A DNA stretch of 64,000 nucleotides from Deltaproteobacteria bacterium GWC2_65_14 (GTDB lineage Bacteria; Desulfobacterota; Deferrimicrobia; Deferrimicrobiales; Deferrimicrobiaceae). A program made the position numbers and the translations under genes. The DNA lies in assembly GCA_001797615.1 (NCBI GenBank), contig MGPV01000017.1, positions 50,019 through 114,018 of the forward strand, in the 5' to 3' direction. Shown here in pieces: positions 8,924 to 17,474 of the stretch (the first letter of the stretch is position 1; each line of letters begins with the position of its first letter). A model generated the notes under the pieces. That model ran no database searches, had not been told where the DNA came from, and worked only from the letters and a program-made list of their open reading frames with translations.

Positions 8924-9691
8924 ATGAGACGATTCGCATGGATTATCGCCGCGGTATTTCTGGCCGCGCCCGCCGCCCCCGCCGCGGCGATGCCGGGGTT
9001 CGAGGCCGGGGTGCGGGGAACCTACTGGTTCCCCGACCTCTCGGCGAAGATCCAGACCTTCGACCCGCCCCCGGCGGGGACGAAGTTCGACGTGAAGGAC
9101 GACCTGGGGGTCGGAGACGAGAATTTGCCCTCCGGGGAGGCGTTCCTCCGGGTCGGGCGGTTTCACCTGAGAGCAGGATTCACCCCGGTTTCGTTCGACG
9201 GGAGCAAGGCGCTGGCGAGGGAGATCGTCTTCAGCGGGCAGACCTTTACGGTCTCCGACACCGTGATCTCGAGCCTGGACATGAAGATGCTCGACGGGGA
9301 GATCCAGGTCGACATCCTCCGCCCGGATCTGGTCGCGGCCAGCTTCTACCTCGGGCTGGTCGGCAAGGTGAAATATGTGGACGGAGAGGTGGAGCTGCGC
9401 GGCAGCGCGGTGACGGAGCGGAAGGACTTCAAGGCCCCGATCCCGATGGTCGGGCTGGCGGCGGGCGCGGGGTTGCTGAAGGACATGGTCCGGATCGACG
9501 CCCGGGCGGCGGGGATGGCCTATTCCGGGAACCACCTGTACGAGGGGGAGGTCTATCTCTCCTTCGCCCCGTTCCCCTTCGTCCGGATCCAGGGGGGGTA
9601 CCGGTGGATCGATCTCCAGGTGGACAAGGACGACGTCGTGGCCGAGCTCACGCTGAAGGGGCCCTACGCGGGGGCACAGATCTCCTTCTGA
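8924..9691 (+). CDS. Putative outer-membrane beta-barrel protein with a signal peptide.
   Basis: AAGGAG RBS 5 nt before the ATG. It has an N-terminal signal peptide MRRFAWIIAAVFLAAPAAPAAA, alternating hydrophobic beta-strand periodicity, and a C-terminal aromatic residue (..AGAQISF). Confidence 0.6.
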   Translation: MRRFAWIIAAVFLAAPAAPAAAMPGFEAGVRGTYWFPDLSAKIQTFDPPPAGTKFDVKDDLGVGDENLPSGEAFLRVGRFHLRAGFTPVSFDGSKALAREIVFSGQTFTVSDTVISSLDMKMLDGEIQVDILRPDLVAASFYLGLVGKVKYVDGEVELRGSAVTERKDFKAPIPMVGLAAGAGLLKDMVRIDARAAGMAYSGNHLYEGEVYLSFAPFPFVRIQGGYRWIDLQVDKDDVVAELTLKGPYAGAQISF

Positions 9692-9744
9692 CCGGAATTT
9701 TCGCTTGCTGCGCCCGGCGGGGACGGTAGAATAGGGGTTCCCGC

Positions 9745-9819
9745 GGGCGCTTAACTCAGCGGTAGAGTGCCACCTTCACACGGTGGAAGTCACAGGTTCA
9801 AATCCTGTAGCGCCCACCA
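9745..9819 (+). tRNA. tRNA-Val (anticodon CAC).
   Basis: GGGCGCTTAACTCAGCGGTAGAGTGCCACCTTCACACGGTGGAAGTCACAGGTTCAAATCCTGTAGCGCCCACCA folds as a cloverleaf with a 7-bp acceptor stem, T-loop TTCAAAT, anticodon loop TTCACAC and encoded CCA. Confidence 0.9.
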
Positions 9820-9837
9820 CGGACAACCTCCGGGAGG

Positions 9838-9880
9838 CCTCAACCAGGCCTCCCGGTTTCCTTTTTTCCCGCCTGGGCCG
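9838..9880. terminator. Rho-independent terminator after tRNA-Val. It may act bidirectionally, because the convergent methyltransferase gene ends here.
   Basis: Perfect 10-bp stem CGGGAGGCCT / AGGCCTCCCG with a 5-nt loop, followed by GTTTCCTTTTTTCC. Confidence 0.6.
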
Positions 9881-10841
9881 TGACGATCCCCACCCCGGCG
9901 GGGTCCGGCCGCCGCGCGGAGACCTTCCGGAACCCGGCCGTGGAAAGCATCACCGCGATCTCCCCCTCCGTGTAGGATCTGCCCCCCTCGGTCGCCGCCA
10001 CCATGTGGACGGAGAAGAAGGCGGGGCCCGGTGGAGAGGTCTTCCCCTCGTCCAACAGAAACTCCTGCACCGCGACACGCCCCTTGGGCGCCATCGCCTG
10101 GCGCGCCCTCCGGAGAATTCGGATGCACTCCCGTTCGGAGAACGCGTGGAGGATCTGGGAGATCCAGACGAAGTCGTACGGCCCGCCGAGCGGGTCCTTC
10201 AGGAAATCCCCCGCCGCAATCTCCACCTCTCCGGATCTCCCCTTCTCCGACAGGATCCTTCGGGCGATCCGGACCGTCTCGGGCAGGTCGAACAGCGTCA
10301 CCTTCGCCCCGGGGTACCTTACCGCCCATTCGAGGGCGTAGGTCCCCGGGCCGCCTCCCAGGTCCAGGAGGCGCTCCCCCTCCCGCAGCGGGAACTCCCG
10401 CGCGACCTGCGCGGCCCGCTCCCGGGAGTTGTCCTCCATCCCGCGGATGAAGTTCTCCTGCCAGTTCTTCTCCGGGCCCGCTCTTTTCCTCCCCGCCCGG
10501 ATCTTTCTTTCCAGGTCGGTCCATTCTGGCCAGCAGTTACGGTGATGCAGCAGGATCGATCGCTTCGAGAGGGGGCCGTCCGTGAGATACCGGGCCGCGA
10601 GCTTCCCGTTTTCGTACTGCGCACCGTCGCGCTTCAGCAGGCCGACCGCTACCAGGGCGTTCAGGAGGATCGAGAGCCTTCGGGGATCGGCGGACACCGT
10701 TCGCGCGAGCCGGGAGGCGTCGGACGGGCCGGAGGCCAGGGCCGAAAAGACGCCGAGCCGCAGTCCGGTGAACAGGGCCATCGAGCGCTGGTAGCCGTGC
10801 GCGACCTCCATCAACTCCTCAAGCCTTTTCATCGAACCCAT
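9840..10841 (-). CDS. Class I SAM-dependent O-methyltransferase.
   Basis: 333 aa with an N-terminal dimerisation/winged-helix region and the SAM motif LLDLGGGPGTYA, as in the COMT/HIOMT-type O-MTase family. The 9783..11321 plus-strand ORF is an artefact. Confidence 0.75.
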   Translation of the reverse strand: MGSMKRLEELMEVAHGYQRSMALFTGLRLGVFSALASGPSDASRLARTVSADPRRLSILLNALVAVGLLKRDGAQYENGKLAARYLTDGPLSKRSILLHHRNCWPEWTDLERKIRAGRKRAGPEKNWQENFIRGMEDNSRERAAQVAREFPLREGERLLDLGGGPGTYALEWAVRYPGAKVTLFDLPETVRIARRILSEKGRSGEVEIAAGDFLKDPLGGPYDFVWISQILHAFSERECIRILRRARQAMAPKGRVAVQEFLLDEGKTSPPGPAFFSVHMVAATEGGRSYTEGEIAVMLSTAGFRKVSARRPDPAGVGIVTAQAGKKETGRPG

Positions 10842-12291
10842 CGGTGCCCCTCCCCCGCCGTTTTTCCAGCCGGAAGGTCCCCTCCGGCCCGTCCGTCACC
10901 TCGTACCCGGCCTCCCGGATCCCCTCCCGGAGGGCATCCGCCTCGCGGAACTTCCGCTCCTGCCGGAGCCGCCCGCGCCTCCTTGCGAGGTCGGCCACCG
11001 CCTCCGGAATCCCCTCCCGATCCACGGCGCCCGCCTCTTCCCTCGCGGCCTCCGCGGACCGGAGAAGTCCGACCCCCAGCACCGGGTCCCATTCCGCGGC
11101 GAGCTTGCGCAGCGTCCTCCCGGAAAGCCCGGCCCGCGCCGCCTCATGGACGACCCCGAGCGCCTTCGGGGTGTTCAGGTCGTCCCCGACCGCCTCCCGG
11201 AAGCGGCGCCGGAACTCCCCCTCCTCTCCCGGCGCGCCGCTCCCCGCGTCCCCCCCCCGGGCGAACGCCTCCCGAAGTCTTTCCAGCGCCGTCGCGGATG
11301 CCGCTTGCGCCTCCCAGGTGAAGTTCATCGGCGTCCGGTACTGGAGCGTCAGGCAATGATACCGGAAATCGGCCGGGGAGACCCCACGGGCTTCCAGGTC
11401 GTCGAGGGTGTGCTCGTTGCGCAGCGACTTGGACATCTTCCGCCCGTCGACCAGAAGGTGCGCCCCGTGTACCCAGAGGGCGGCGAACCGGCCGCCGGTG
11501 GCCGCCCTCGCCATCGCACGGGAGTTCTCGTGGTGCGGGAAGCGAAGGTCCGAGCCTCCCACGTGGATGTCGAATTCCGGTCCCAGGTACCTCACCGCCA
11601 TCGCCGCGCACTCGATGTGCCATCCGGGCCAGCCGCGGCCCCAGGGGCTCTCCCAGGAGAACTCCCGCCCGGGCTCCGCCGGAAGCCAGAGCGAGAAATC
11701 CTCCGGCCGTTTCTTGCGGAGATGGATCGCGGCGTCGGTCCGGCCGGCCGCCTCCCCTTCCCCCAGCAGGGCCCCGGAGAGCTCTCCGTACCCCGGCGCC
11801 TTCGTCACGTCGAGGTAGAGCCACCCCTTTTCCCCGTAGGTCGCCCCGCGGCGCTCCAGTTCCCGCGCCATCGCGATCATGTCGGGAACGTGGGCGGAGG
11901 CGCGGGGATAGAGGTCGGCGGGGAGGAAGCCCATCCTCCGGCAGTCCCGGAAGAACGCGCCGGTGAAGAAGGCCGCAATCTCCCCGGCCGACTTCCCGGC
12001 CGCGCGGGCGGCGGCGACGACCTTGTCCTCCGCCTCTTCGAGTCGCTCCTGCTGCATGTGCCCCATGTCGGTGACGTTCTGGACGGAAACGGTCCTGAGC
12101 CCGAAGAACCCGAGGGCCCGGACGAGCAGGTCGGTGAGCAGCCAGGTCCGGAGATTCCCGATGTGGACATACCGGTAGACGGTGGGTCCGCAGGTGTAGA
12201 TCCCCGCCCGCCCCGGTCTCATCGGAACGAACGGAACCTTCTTTCGCGAGCAGCTGTCGTAGAGAGCGATCAGCGCGGGCCTCCCGGGCAT
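10819..12291 (-). CDS. cysS: Cysteinyl-tRNA synthetase.
   Basis: Class I aaRS with IYTCGPTVYRYVHIGN (HIGH region) and KMSKSLRN (KMSKS), and a DALR-like C-terminal domain. Confidence 0.9.
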   Translation of the reverse strand: MPGRPALIALYDSCSRKKVPFVPMRPGRAGIYTCGPTVYRYVHIGNLRTWLLTDLLVRALGFFGLRTVSVQNVTDMGHMQQERLEEAEDKVVAAARAAGKSAGEIAAFFTGAFFRDCRRMGFLPADLYPRASAHVPDMIAMARELERRGATYGEKGWLYLDVTKAPGYGELSGALLGEGEAAGRTDAAIHLRKKRPEDFSLWLPAEPGREFSWESPWGRGWPGWHIECAAMAVRYLGPEFDIHVGGSDLRFPHHENSRAMARAATGGRFAALWVHGAHLLVDGRKMSKSLRNEHTLDDLEARGVSPADFRYHCLTLQYRTPMNFTWEAQAASATALERLREAFARGGDAGSGAPGEEGEFRRRFREAVGDDLNTPKALGVVHEAARAGLSGRTLRKLAAEWDPVLGVGLLRSAEAAREEAGAVDREGIPEAVADLARRRGRLRQERKFREADALREGIREAGYEVTDGPEGTFRLEKRRGRGTDGFDEKA

Positions 12292-12364
12292 CCGGGTCGT
12301 GCAGGTCGGCCCGGGATCCCCGGGAGCCCCCCGGGTGCGTCCCGCATTCCTCCCCGGAGCGTCC

Positions 12365-12562
12365 CTACATCTCCTGGTTGACCTCCCGGTCGATCTCCTC
12401 CTGCAGGAGCTTCACATGCTTTTTCTCCTCCTCCACGAGGAAGAGGAACATCTCCCGGATGGACGGCTCCTTGGCCGTCTTCGCGAACGCCGTGTAGTCT
12501 TTTACCGCCGCCTTCTCGCGCCCCAGCGCCATCCGGATCACATCGAGCGGGTTCGACGTCAT
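12365..12562 (-). CDS. Small (~65 aa) ferritin/rubrerythrin-like half-domain protein.
   Basis: The C-terminal part of the 12365..12853 ORF begins at MTSNPLDV. It carries a single E...EExxH-type motif (FLVEEEKKHVKLL) and is paralogous to the 14682..14879 protein. The upstream ORF portion is Gly/Arg-rich junk. Confidence 0.5.
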   Translation of the reverse strand: MTSNPLDVIRMALGREKAAVKDYTAFAKTAKEPSIREMFLFLVEEEKKHVKLLQEEIDREVNQEM

Positions 12563-12600
12563 GGTCCCTCCCTGGCTGCTTCCGGCCCGCGGGCCGGGGA

Positions 12601-13050
12601 TCAGACTCTGTTCAGCAATTCCTCGATCCGCGCGAGGTGGGTCCTCTCCTCCTCCCGCAGCTCGGAAAGCAGGCCCTTCGTGTTCCTGTCCTCGACCGCC
12701 TCCGCCGCCTTCCCGTAGAACTCCACGGCATGTTCTTCCGCCCTCTTCGCCACGGCAAGCCCCTTCCGGATCGCGTCGCTTTCCCCGGCCCCCTCCTCCT
12801 CCCGGGCGATCCGGTCCAGGTCGATCATGTAGGGGAGGAATCGGTGCTCCCACTTCGCCTCGTGCTTCGGGACCCCGAATTTCGCCGAGAGCTTCCGGAT
12901 ATGGCCCTCCTCCTCCCGGGCGAGGAAGTCGAAAAGGTCGCCCGCCGGCGACGTTCCGTGCAGGGCGGCCTGCCGTCCGTAGTACGCTCTCGCCCGCTCC
13001 TCGTGGGCGAGGGCGACCTGGAGGATCTCGATCTCGTTCAGGTCCAGCAT
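12601..13050 (-). CDS. Rubrerythrin-like / ferritin-like diiron four-helix-bundle protein.
   Basis: 149 aa with two ExxH-type metal-binding motifs (AREEEGHIRKL and LREEERTHLARI) spaced as in the rubrerythrin/ferritin-like superfamily. Confidence 0.68.
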   Translation of the reverse strand: MLDLNEIEILQVALAHEERARAYYGRQAALHGTSPAGDLFDFLAREEEGHIRKLSAKFGVPKHEAKWEHRFLPYMIDLDRIAREEEGAGESDAIRKGLAVAKRAEEHAVEFYGKAAEAVEDRNTKGLLSELREEERTHLARIEELLNRV

Positions 13051-13066
13051 CGGTCCTTCCTCCTTC

Positions 13067-13450
13067 TCAGGCGGGATGCTTCTTCGCGTAGTCGTCCAGG
13101 GCGGCCTTGACCGCCTCCTCGGCCATGACCGAGCAGTGGATCTTCACCGCGGGGAGCCCGTCGAGGGCGTCGGCGACATGCCGGTTCGTGATCGCCCGCG
13201 CCTCTTCGACCGTCTTCCCCTTCACCATCTCCGTCAGCATCGAGCTGGAGGCGATGGCCGCCCCGCACCCGAAGGTGCGGAACTTCGCGTCCACGATCGT
13301 CTCTCCCTCGACCTTGAGGTAGAGCCGCATCATGTCGCCGCAGGCCGGGTTCCCCACTTCGCCGACGCCGCTGGCATCCTCGATCTCGCCGACGTTCCTC
13401 GGGTTCATGAAGTGATCCATCACCTTCGCGCTGTACGGTCCGCTCGCCAT
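13067..13450 (-). CDS. iscU: Fe-S cluster assembly scaffold IscU/NifU.
   Basis: 127 aa with [25 protein letters not shown] and [11 protein letters not shown], the three conserved Cys plus the LPPVK-like region. Confidence 0.9.
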   Translation of the reverse strand: MASGPYSAKVMDHFMNPRNVGEIEDASGVGEVGNPACGDMMRLYLKVEGETIVDAKFRTFGCGAAIASSSMLTEMVKGKTVEEARAITNRHVADALDGLPAVKIHCSVMAEEAVKAALDDYAKKHPA

Positions 13451-13456
13451 GTCCGC

Positions 13457-14668
13457 CTATCCTCCCTGGAGGATCTTCTTCTGGTAGTCGAGATATGTGG
13501 GAGACATCGCCCACAGCTTCCGGACGATTCCGGGAAGCGCCGACAGCACCGCGTCCACCTCCTGCCCGGTGCTTCCCTTCCCCATGCTGAAGGTGATCGA
13601 CCCGGTGCAGATGTCCGAGGGGACCCCGATCGCCCGCAAGACGTGGGAGGCGATCAGGTCCTCCTCGTCCTGCCCTTTCAGGTTCGAGCTGCAGGCCGAT
13701 CCCGAGGCGGCCATCACCCCGTGGAGGTTGAGCAAAAGCAGCAGCGATTCCCCTTCCGCATACTCCACCCAGAAGCTCACATGCCCGGGGAGCCGCACCG
13801 AAGGGTGGCCGGTGAAGTGGAGGTGCTCCACGGAGGCGGCGATCCCGTCGTGCAGGCGCTTTCCCAGGCTTCGGAGATGCCGGTCCCGCTCCGCCATCTC
13901 CCGGGCGGCGATGGAGGCCGCCGCTCCCATCCCCACGATCCCGGGGACGTTCTCGGTGCCGGCGCGCAGCCCCATCTCCTGGAACCCGCCGTCCAGGAGC
14001 GACTCGAGGCGGACCCCCTCCCGGACGTAGAGCGCCCCCGCACCCTTCGGCCCGTAGAAATTGTGGGCCGACAGGGTCGCCAGGTCGGCCCCGATCCGGT
14101 TCACGTCGACCGGAATGTGGCCGGCCGAGGCGGTCGCGTCGGTGTGGAACAGCACCCCCCTCTCCCGCGCGATCCTCCCGATCTCCTCCACCGGCTCCAC
14201 CGTGCCGATCTCCGCGTTCGCGTGCACGACGGACACCAGGATCGTGTCCGGCCGGATCGCCCGGCGGACCTCCCCGGGGTCCACCCGTCCGTCCCGGTCG
14301 ACCCTCACGGTGGTGACCTCGAAGCCGCGGTTGCGCAGCGGGATCAGGGCGTTCAGCACCGAGAAATGCTCCACCTCGGATACGACGAGGTGCTTCCCCT
14401 TCGCCGCGTGGGCGCCGGCAACCCCTTTCACCGCGAGGTTGTTCGACTCGGTGGCCCCGGAGGTGAACAGGATTTCTCCGGGCTTCGCGCCGACCAGGGA
14501 GGCCACCTGGCTCCTGGCCGCGTCCAACCCCTTGAGGGCCGCCTGCCCCTGATCGTGGATGTGGGAAGAGGGGTTGCCGTACCGCTCCGTGAAGTACGGC
14601 ATCATCGCCTCCAGGACCTTCGGGTCCAGGGGGGTGGTGGAGATATGGTCGAAGAAGATCCGGCCCAC
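13457..14668 (-). CDS. iscS: Cysteine desulfurase (IscS/NifS, class V aminotransferase).
   Basis: 403 aa with IFFDHISTTPLDPKVLEAM, a PLP-lysine region and the active-site loop SGSACSS. Confidence 0.9.
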   Translation of the reverse strand: MGRIFFDHISTTPLDPKVLEAMMPYFTERYGNPSSHIHDQGQAALKGLDAARSQVASLVGAKPGEILFTSGATESNNLAVKGVAGAHAAKGKHLVVSEVEHFSVLNALIPLRNRGFEVTTVRVDRDGRVDPGEVRRAIRPDTILVSVVHANAEIGTVEPVEEIGRIARERGVLFHTDATASAGHIPVDVNRIGADLATLSAHNFYGPKGAGALYVREGVRLESLLDGGFQEMGLRAGTENVPGIVGMGAAASIAAREMAERDRHLRSLGKRLHDGIAASVEHLHFTGHPSVRLPGHVSFWVEYAEGESLLLLLNLHGVMAASGSACSSNLKGQDEEDLIASHVLRAIGVPSDICTGSITFSMGKGSTGQEVDAVLSALPGIVRKLWAMSPTYLDYQKKILQGG

Positions 14669-14681
14669 CGTCGCTCCCCGG

Positions 14682-14879
14682 CTACTCCTGGATCCTGAAC
14701 TCGGCCATCTTGTCGCGGATCAGCTTGATGTGACCCTTTTCCTCCTCCGCGAGGTAGGCGAACATCTTCCGCACGGCCGGGTTCTGCGTCTGTTCCGCCG
14801 CCTTCCTGTACTCCCCGAAATTCTCCATCTCGTGCCGGAGCGCCAGGCGCAGTACCTCTTCCATGGTCCATTCCGCCAT
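14682..14879 (-). CDS. Small (~66 aa) ferritin/rubrerythrin-like half-domain protein, paralog of 12365..12562.
   Basis: The C-terminal part of the 14682..15056 ORF starts at MAEWTMEEVL. It has the motif YLAEEEKGHIKLI and aligns with the other small protein (xMFxxLxEEEKxHxKL). Confidence 0.5.
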   Translation of the reverse strand: MAEWTMEEVLRLALRHEMENFGEYRKAAEQTQNPAVRKMFAYLAEEEKGHIKLIRDKMAEFRIQE

Positions 14880-15015
14880 CGTCTTCCTCCCCGTGCCGTT
14901 TTCCGGAACGGCATGCGGTCCGCCGTCCGGACGCCGCCCCTTGTGTAGGATTAGGAGGCGGGCCGTTCCGTTTCCCTTTATAATTCTATCTGGAAACGAT
15001 CGCAAGGAGTCGCGC

Positions 15016-15555
15016 ATGAAAAAATCCTCGGTTCTCCCGGCCGCGGTGCTCGTCATCGCGCTTGCGGGCGCCGTCGCCTACTACCTGGGAAGCTCCGCAC
15101 CGAGGTCCCCCTCGGGGAGCTCTCCCGCCGGGCGCACCGTCGCCGGGGTGCAGGCGCCGGAGTTCTCCCTGGTGGACATCAGCGGGAACCGTGTCTCCTT
15201 TTCCCGGTTCCTCGGGAAGCCCACCGTGATCAACTTCTTCGCCACCTGGTGCCCCCCCTGCCGGGAGGAGATTCCGGGATTTGTCGAGGTCCACCGGAAA
15301 TACCGGGACCAGGGGTTCGAGCTGGTCGGCATCTCCCTCGACACCGATACGCGGGGAAACCTTCCGGGGTTCATCACGAGCCACCGGATCGAGTACCGGA
15401 TCCTCTTCGGAGACCTCACCACCACGCGGGCCTACGGAGGGGTCACCTCCATCCCGACCACCTTCTTCATCGGGAAGGACGGAACGATCCGGTATGTCCA
15501 TGTCGGCTATATCGACCAGGAAGCGTTCGACCGGGAGGTCCGGAAGCTGCTGTGA
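15016..15555 (+). CDS. TlpA/ResA-like thiol-disulfide oxidoreductase (thioredoxin fold, membrane-anchored).
   Basis: Signal/anchor MKKSSVLPAAVLVIALAGAVAYY and the active site FFATWCPPCREE, a redoxin-family layout. The ATG is at 15016, inside the longer GTG-extended track ORF. Confidence 0.8.
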   Translation: MKKSSVLPAAVLVIALAGAVAYYLGSSAPRSPSGSSPAGRTVAGVQAPEFSLVDISGNRVSFSRFLGKPTVINFFATWCPPCREEIPGFVEVHRKYRDQGFELVGISLDTDTRGNLPGFITSHRIEYRILFGDLTTTRAYGGVTSIPTTFFIGKDGTIRYVHVGYIDQEAFDREVRKLL

Positions 15556-15653
15556 CCCGCGAGTCCCAAAAATGCGGAAACCCGGAACGGTGTGCTTCCG
15601 GGTTCCCGCCAGGTTCGGCGAGCGGACCGGCCCCGGAGGACCGTTCCGCGGAC

Positions 15654-15824
15654 TCAGGCTGGAATGCAGGCCGCCGTCGGGCAGACTCCGGCGCAGTTCG
15701 CGCAATCGGTGCACTTGCCCGCATCGATGCCGTAGATCGGATCGCCCTCCGAAATGCACTGTTCCGGGCATTCCGGAAGGCAGGCCCCGCAGGCGATGCA
15801 TTCCTCCGTGATCTTGTACGCCAT
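15654..15824 (-). CDS. 2x[4Fe-4S] ferredoxin (56 aa).
   Basis: I translated this by hand: MAYKITEECIACGACLPECPEQCISEGDPIYGIDAGKCTDCANCAGVCPTAACIPA. It has two CxxCxxCxxxCP motifs and a GGAGGAAT RBS. It is below the track length cutoff. Confidence 0.7.
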   Translation of the reverse strand: MAYKITEECIACGACLPECPEQCISEGDPIYGIDAGKCTDCANCAGVCPTAACIPA

Positions 15825-15846
15825 GATTCCTCCTGTATGGGTTGAT

Positions 15847-16065
15847 TTATACCGACTCCACCCGCTCCACCGCGGGGATCTCCTCCTTCAGCAACGCCTC
15901 GATGCCGTTCTTCAGGGTGATCGACGCCATGGGGCAGCCGGAGCATGCGCCGGTCAGTCGCACCTTCACCACGCCCCCGTCCACGTCGACGAGTTCCACG
16001 TCTCCCCCGTCGGCCTGCAGGGCCGGGCGAATCTTTCCGAGCACTTTTTCGACTTCTGGCTTCAT
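15847..16065 (-). CDS. NifU-like (Nfu-type) Fe-S cluster carrier domain protein.
   Basis: The probable start is MKPEVEK. It has the conserved CxxC in [15 protein letters not shown]. Confidence 0.78.
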   Translation of the reverse strand: MKPEVEKVLGKIRPALQADGGDVELVDVDGGVVKVRLTGACSGCPMASITLKNGIEALLKEEIPAVERVESV

Positions 16066-16147
16066 TCCCTTTTCCCTCCCCGGGGGCAATCTATCCCCCT
16101 CCCTGTTATAGGATGTGCGTTCCGGCCCCCCGGTTCCTTGACCGGGA

Positions 16148-16786
16148 TCAATCCGCCGAAAGGATTTCGTACCCCGCCTTTTTCAGGGCCGCCTTGAGCA
16201 CCTTGTAGTTCTTCGTCTCGAGCCGCAGGATCAGGGTCTTCATCCCCGGCTCCGCGTGGGCGGCTGTCGCCACGGAGACGATCTTGGTTTCGAAGTCCTT
16301 GAGCAGTTTCGTCACCTCGAACAGCATGCCGATCCTGTCGGGCAGCCCCAGCTCGACCCGGTAGCCCGGCCCGCTTACCCCCATCGACTCGATGAAGGCG
16401 TCCAGGATGTCGGTCTCGGTGAGGATCCCGACCAACTTCCCCCCCTCCACGACCGGGAGGCACCCGATCTTCTTCTCCCGCATGATCAGCGCCGCCTCCT
16501 CGATCGGGGCGGACGGGGATATCGTGTAGGGGCGCCGGGTCATGATCTGCCGGGCCTTGACCTTGTCGAGCAGGTAATAGATCTCGCGGATTTCCAGGGA
16601 GGTCGCGGAGGAAGGGGAGGCCTGCTTGATGTCCCGCTCCGAGAGGACCCCGACCAGTTTCTCCCCGTCCTTCAGGACGCAGAGGTGGCGGATCCCCCGC
16701 TCCTTCATGATGTCCATCGCCCTTCGCATCGAGTCGTTCTCGTCCACGACCACCGGGTTCCGCGCCATCCGCCTCGCAACGATCAT
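16148..16786 (-). CDS. CBS-pair plus ACT domain protein.
   Basis: The real start [17 protein letters not shown] has an AGGAGG RBS. It has two CBS motifs (..[23 protein letters not shown].. and ..[21 protein letters not shown]..) and a C-terminal ACT-like region. The upstream part of the track ORF is Gly-rich junk. Confidence 0.75.
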   Translation of the reverse strand: MIVARRMARNPVVVDENDSMRRAMDIMKERGIRHLCVLKDGEKLVGVLSERDIKQASPSSATSLEIREIYYLLDKVKARQIMTRRPYTISPSAPIEEAALIMREKKIGCLPVVEGGKLVGILTETDILDAFIESMGVSGPGYRVELGLPDRIGMLFEVTKLLKDFETKIVSVATAAHAEPGMKTLILRLETKNYKVLKAALKKAGYEILSAD

Positions 16787-16827
16787 CGAAGGGTCCTCCT
16801 GAAGGGTTTTCCCGCCGTCTCTTCCGG

Positions 16828-17424
16828 TCAGGTGAAGTAGCGCCGCACGAGATCGATGGCGCTTATCAGATCCGAGGCCGTCACCAGAAAGAAGGAGGCC
16901 CCCTCCTTTTCCCAGTACACGAACGACATCCCCTCCTTCTCTCCGGAGAGGAAACCGGAGCCGGAGAAGAGGTCCTCCTCGTCCTGGCCCCCCGCCCGGG
17001 GCCGGTTCCGGAGCACGAGAAGGAGATACGAATTCCCGAATCCCGAGAAGCGGACGGCGGCGGCCGTCTGCCTCCCCACCTTCTCCCGCCGGACGGAGGA
17101 GACGGAGAACACCCCCTCCTCCCGGGGAAGCAACAGCTTCGCCCCCGTCCACTCATTCACCTTCGCCTCGGCGTCGGCGGGAGCGAGGGGGGGCGCTCCC
17201 TCCTTCTCGAGGTTCGCGGCCCCGTAGAGCCGCATCCCCTCCCGCGCCAGGAGGTCGACCCGGGCATGCCCCGTGTCCCGGGAGATGCGCACGGCGAAGA
17301 CGGCGACCGTCATGGTCAGGAAGAGCAGGACGACGGCCAGGCGCGGCCGATCGCTCACCAGGCCGAACAGGGAGGTCGTCTCGGATTTCCCCCGGTCCGG
17401 GCGTTCACCGGTCGATCCATTCAT
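16828..17424 (-). CDS. Hypothetical membrane-anchored protein.
   Basis: 198 aa with one N-terminal TM helix (LAVVLLFLTMTVAVFAV) and a C-terminal soluble domain; no recognisable motif. It could be an anti-sigma factor or periplasmic regulator, but that is only a guess. Confidence 0.45.
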   Translation of the reverse strand: MNGSTGERPDRGKSETTSLFGLVSDRPRLAVVLLFLTMTVAVFAVRISRDTGHARVDLLAREGMRLYGAANLEKEGAPPLAPADAEAKVNEWTGAKLLLPREEGVFSVSSVRREKVGRQTAAAVRFSGFGNSYLLLVLRNRPRAGGQDEEDLFSGSGFLSGEKEGMSFVYWEKEGASFFLVTASDLISAIDLVRRYFT

Positions 17425-17474
17425 GGTTGCTGTCTCCCGGCATCCCAGGGAGTCTGGAATCTATTATTCTACGC

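Noticed and set aside
9783-11359. ORFs 9783..11321(+, 512 aa), 9790..10524(-), 10844..11359(+) and 11146..12381(+).
   Set aside because: They overlap the O-methyltransferase and cysS genes and start inside tRNA-Val. They are Pro/Arg/Gly-rich artefacts.
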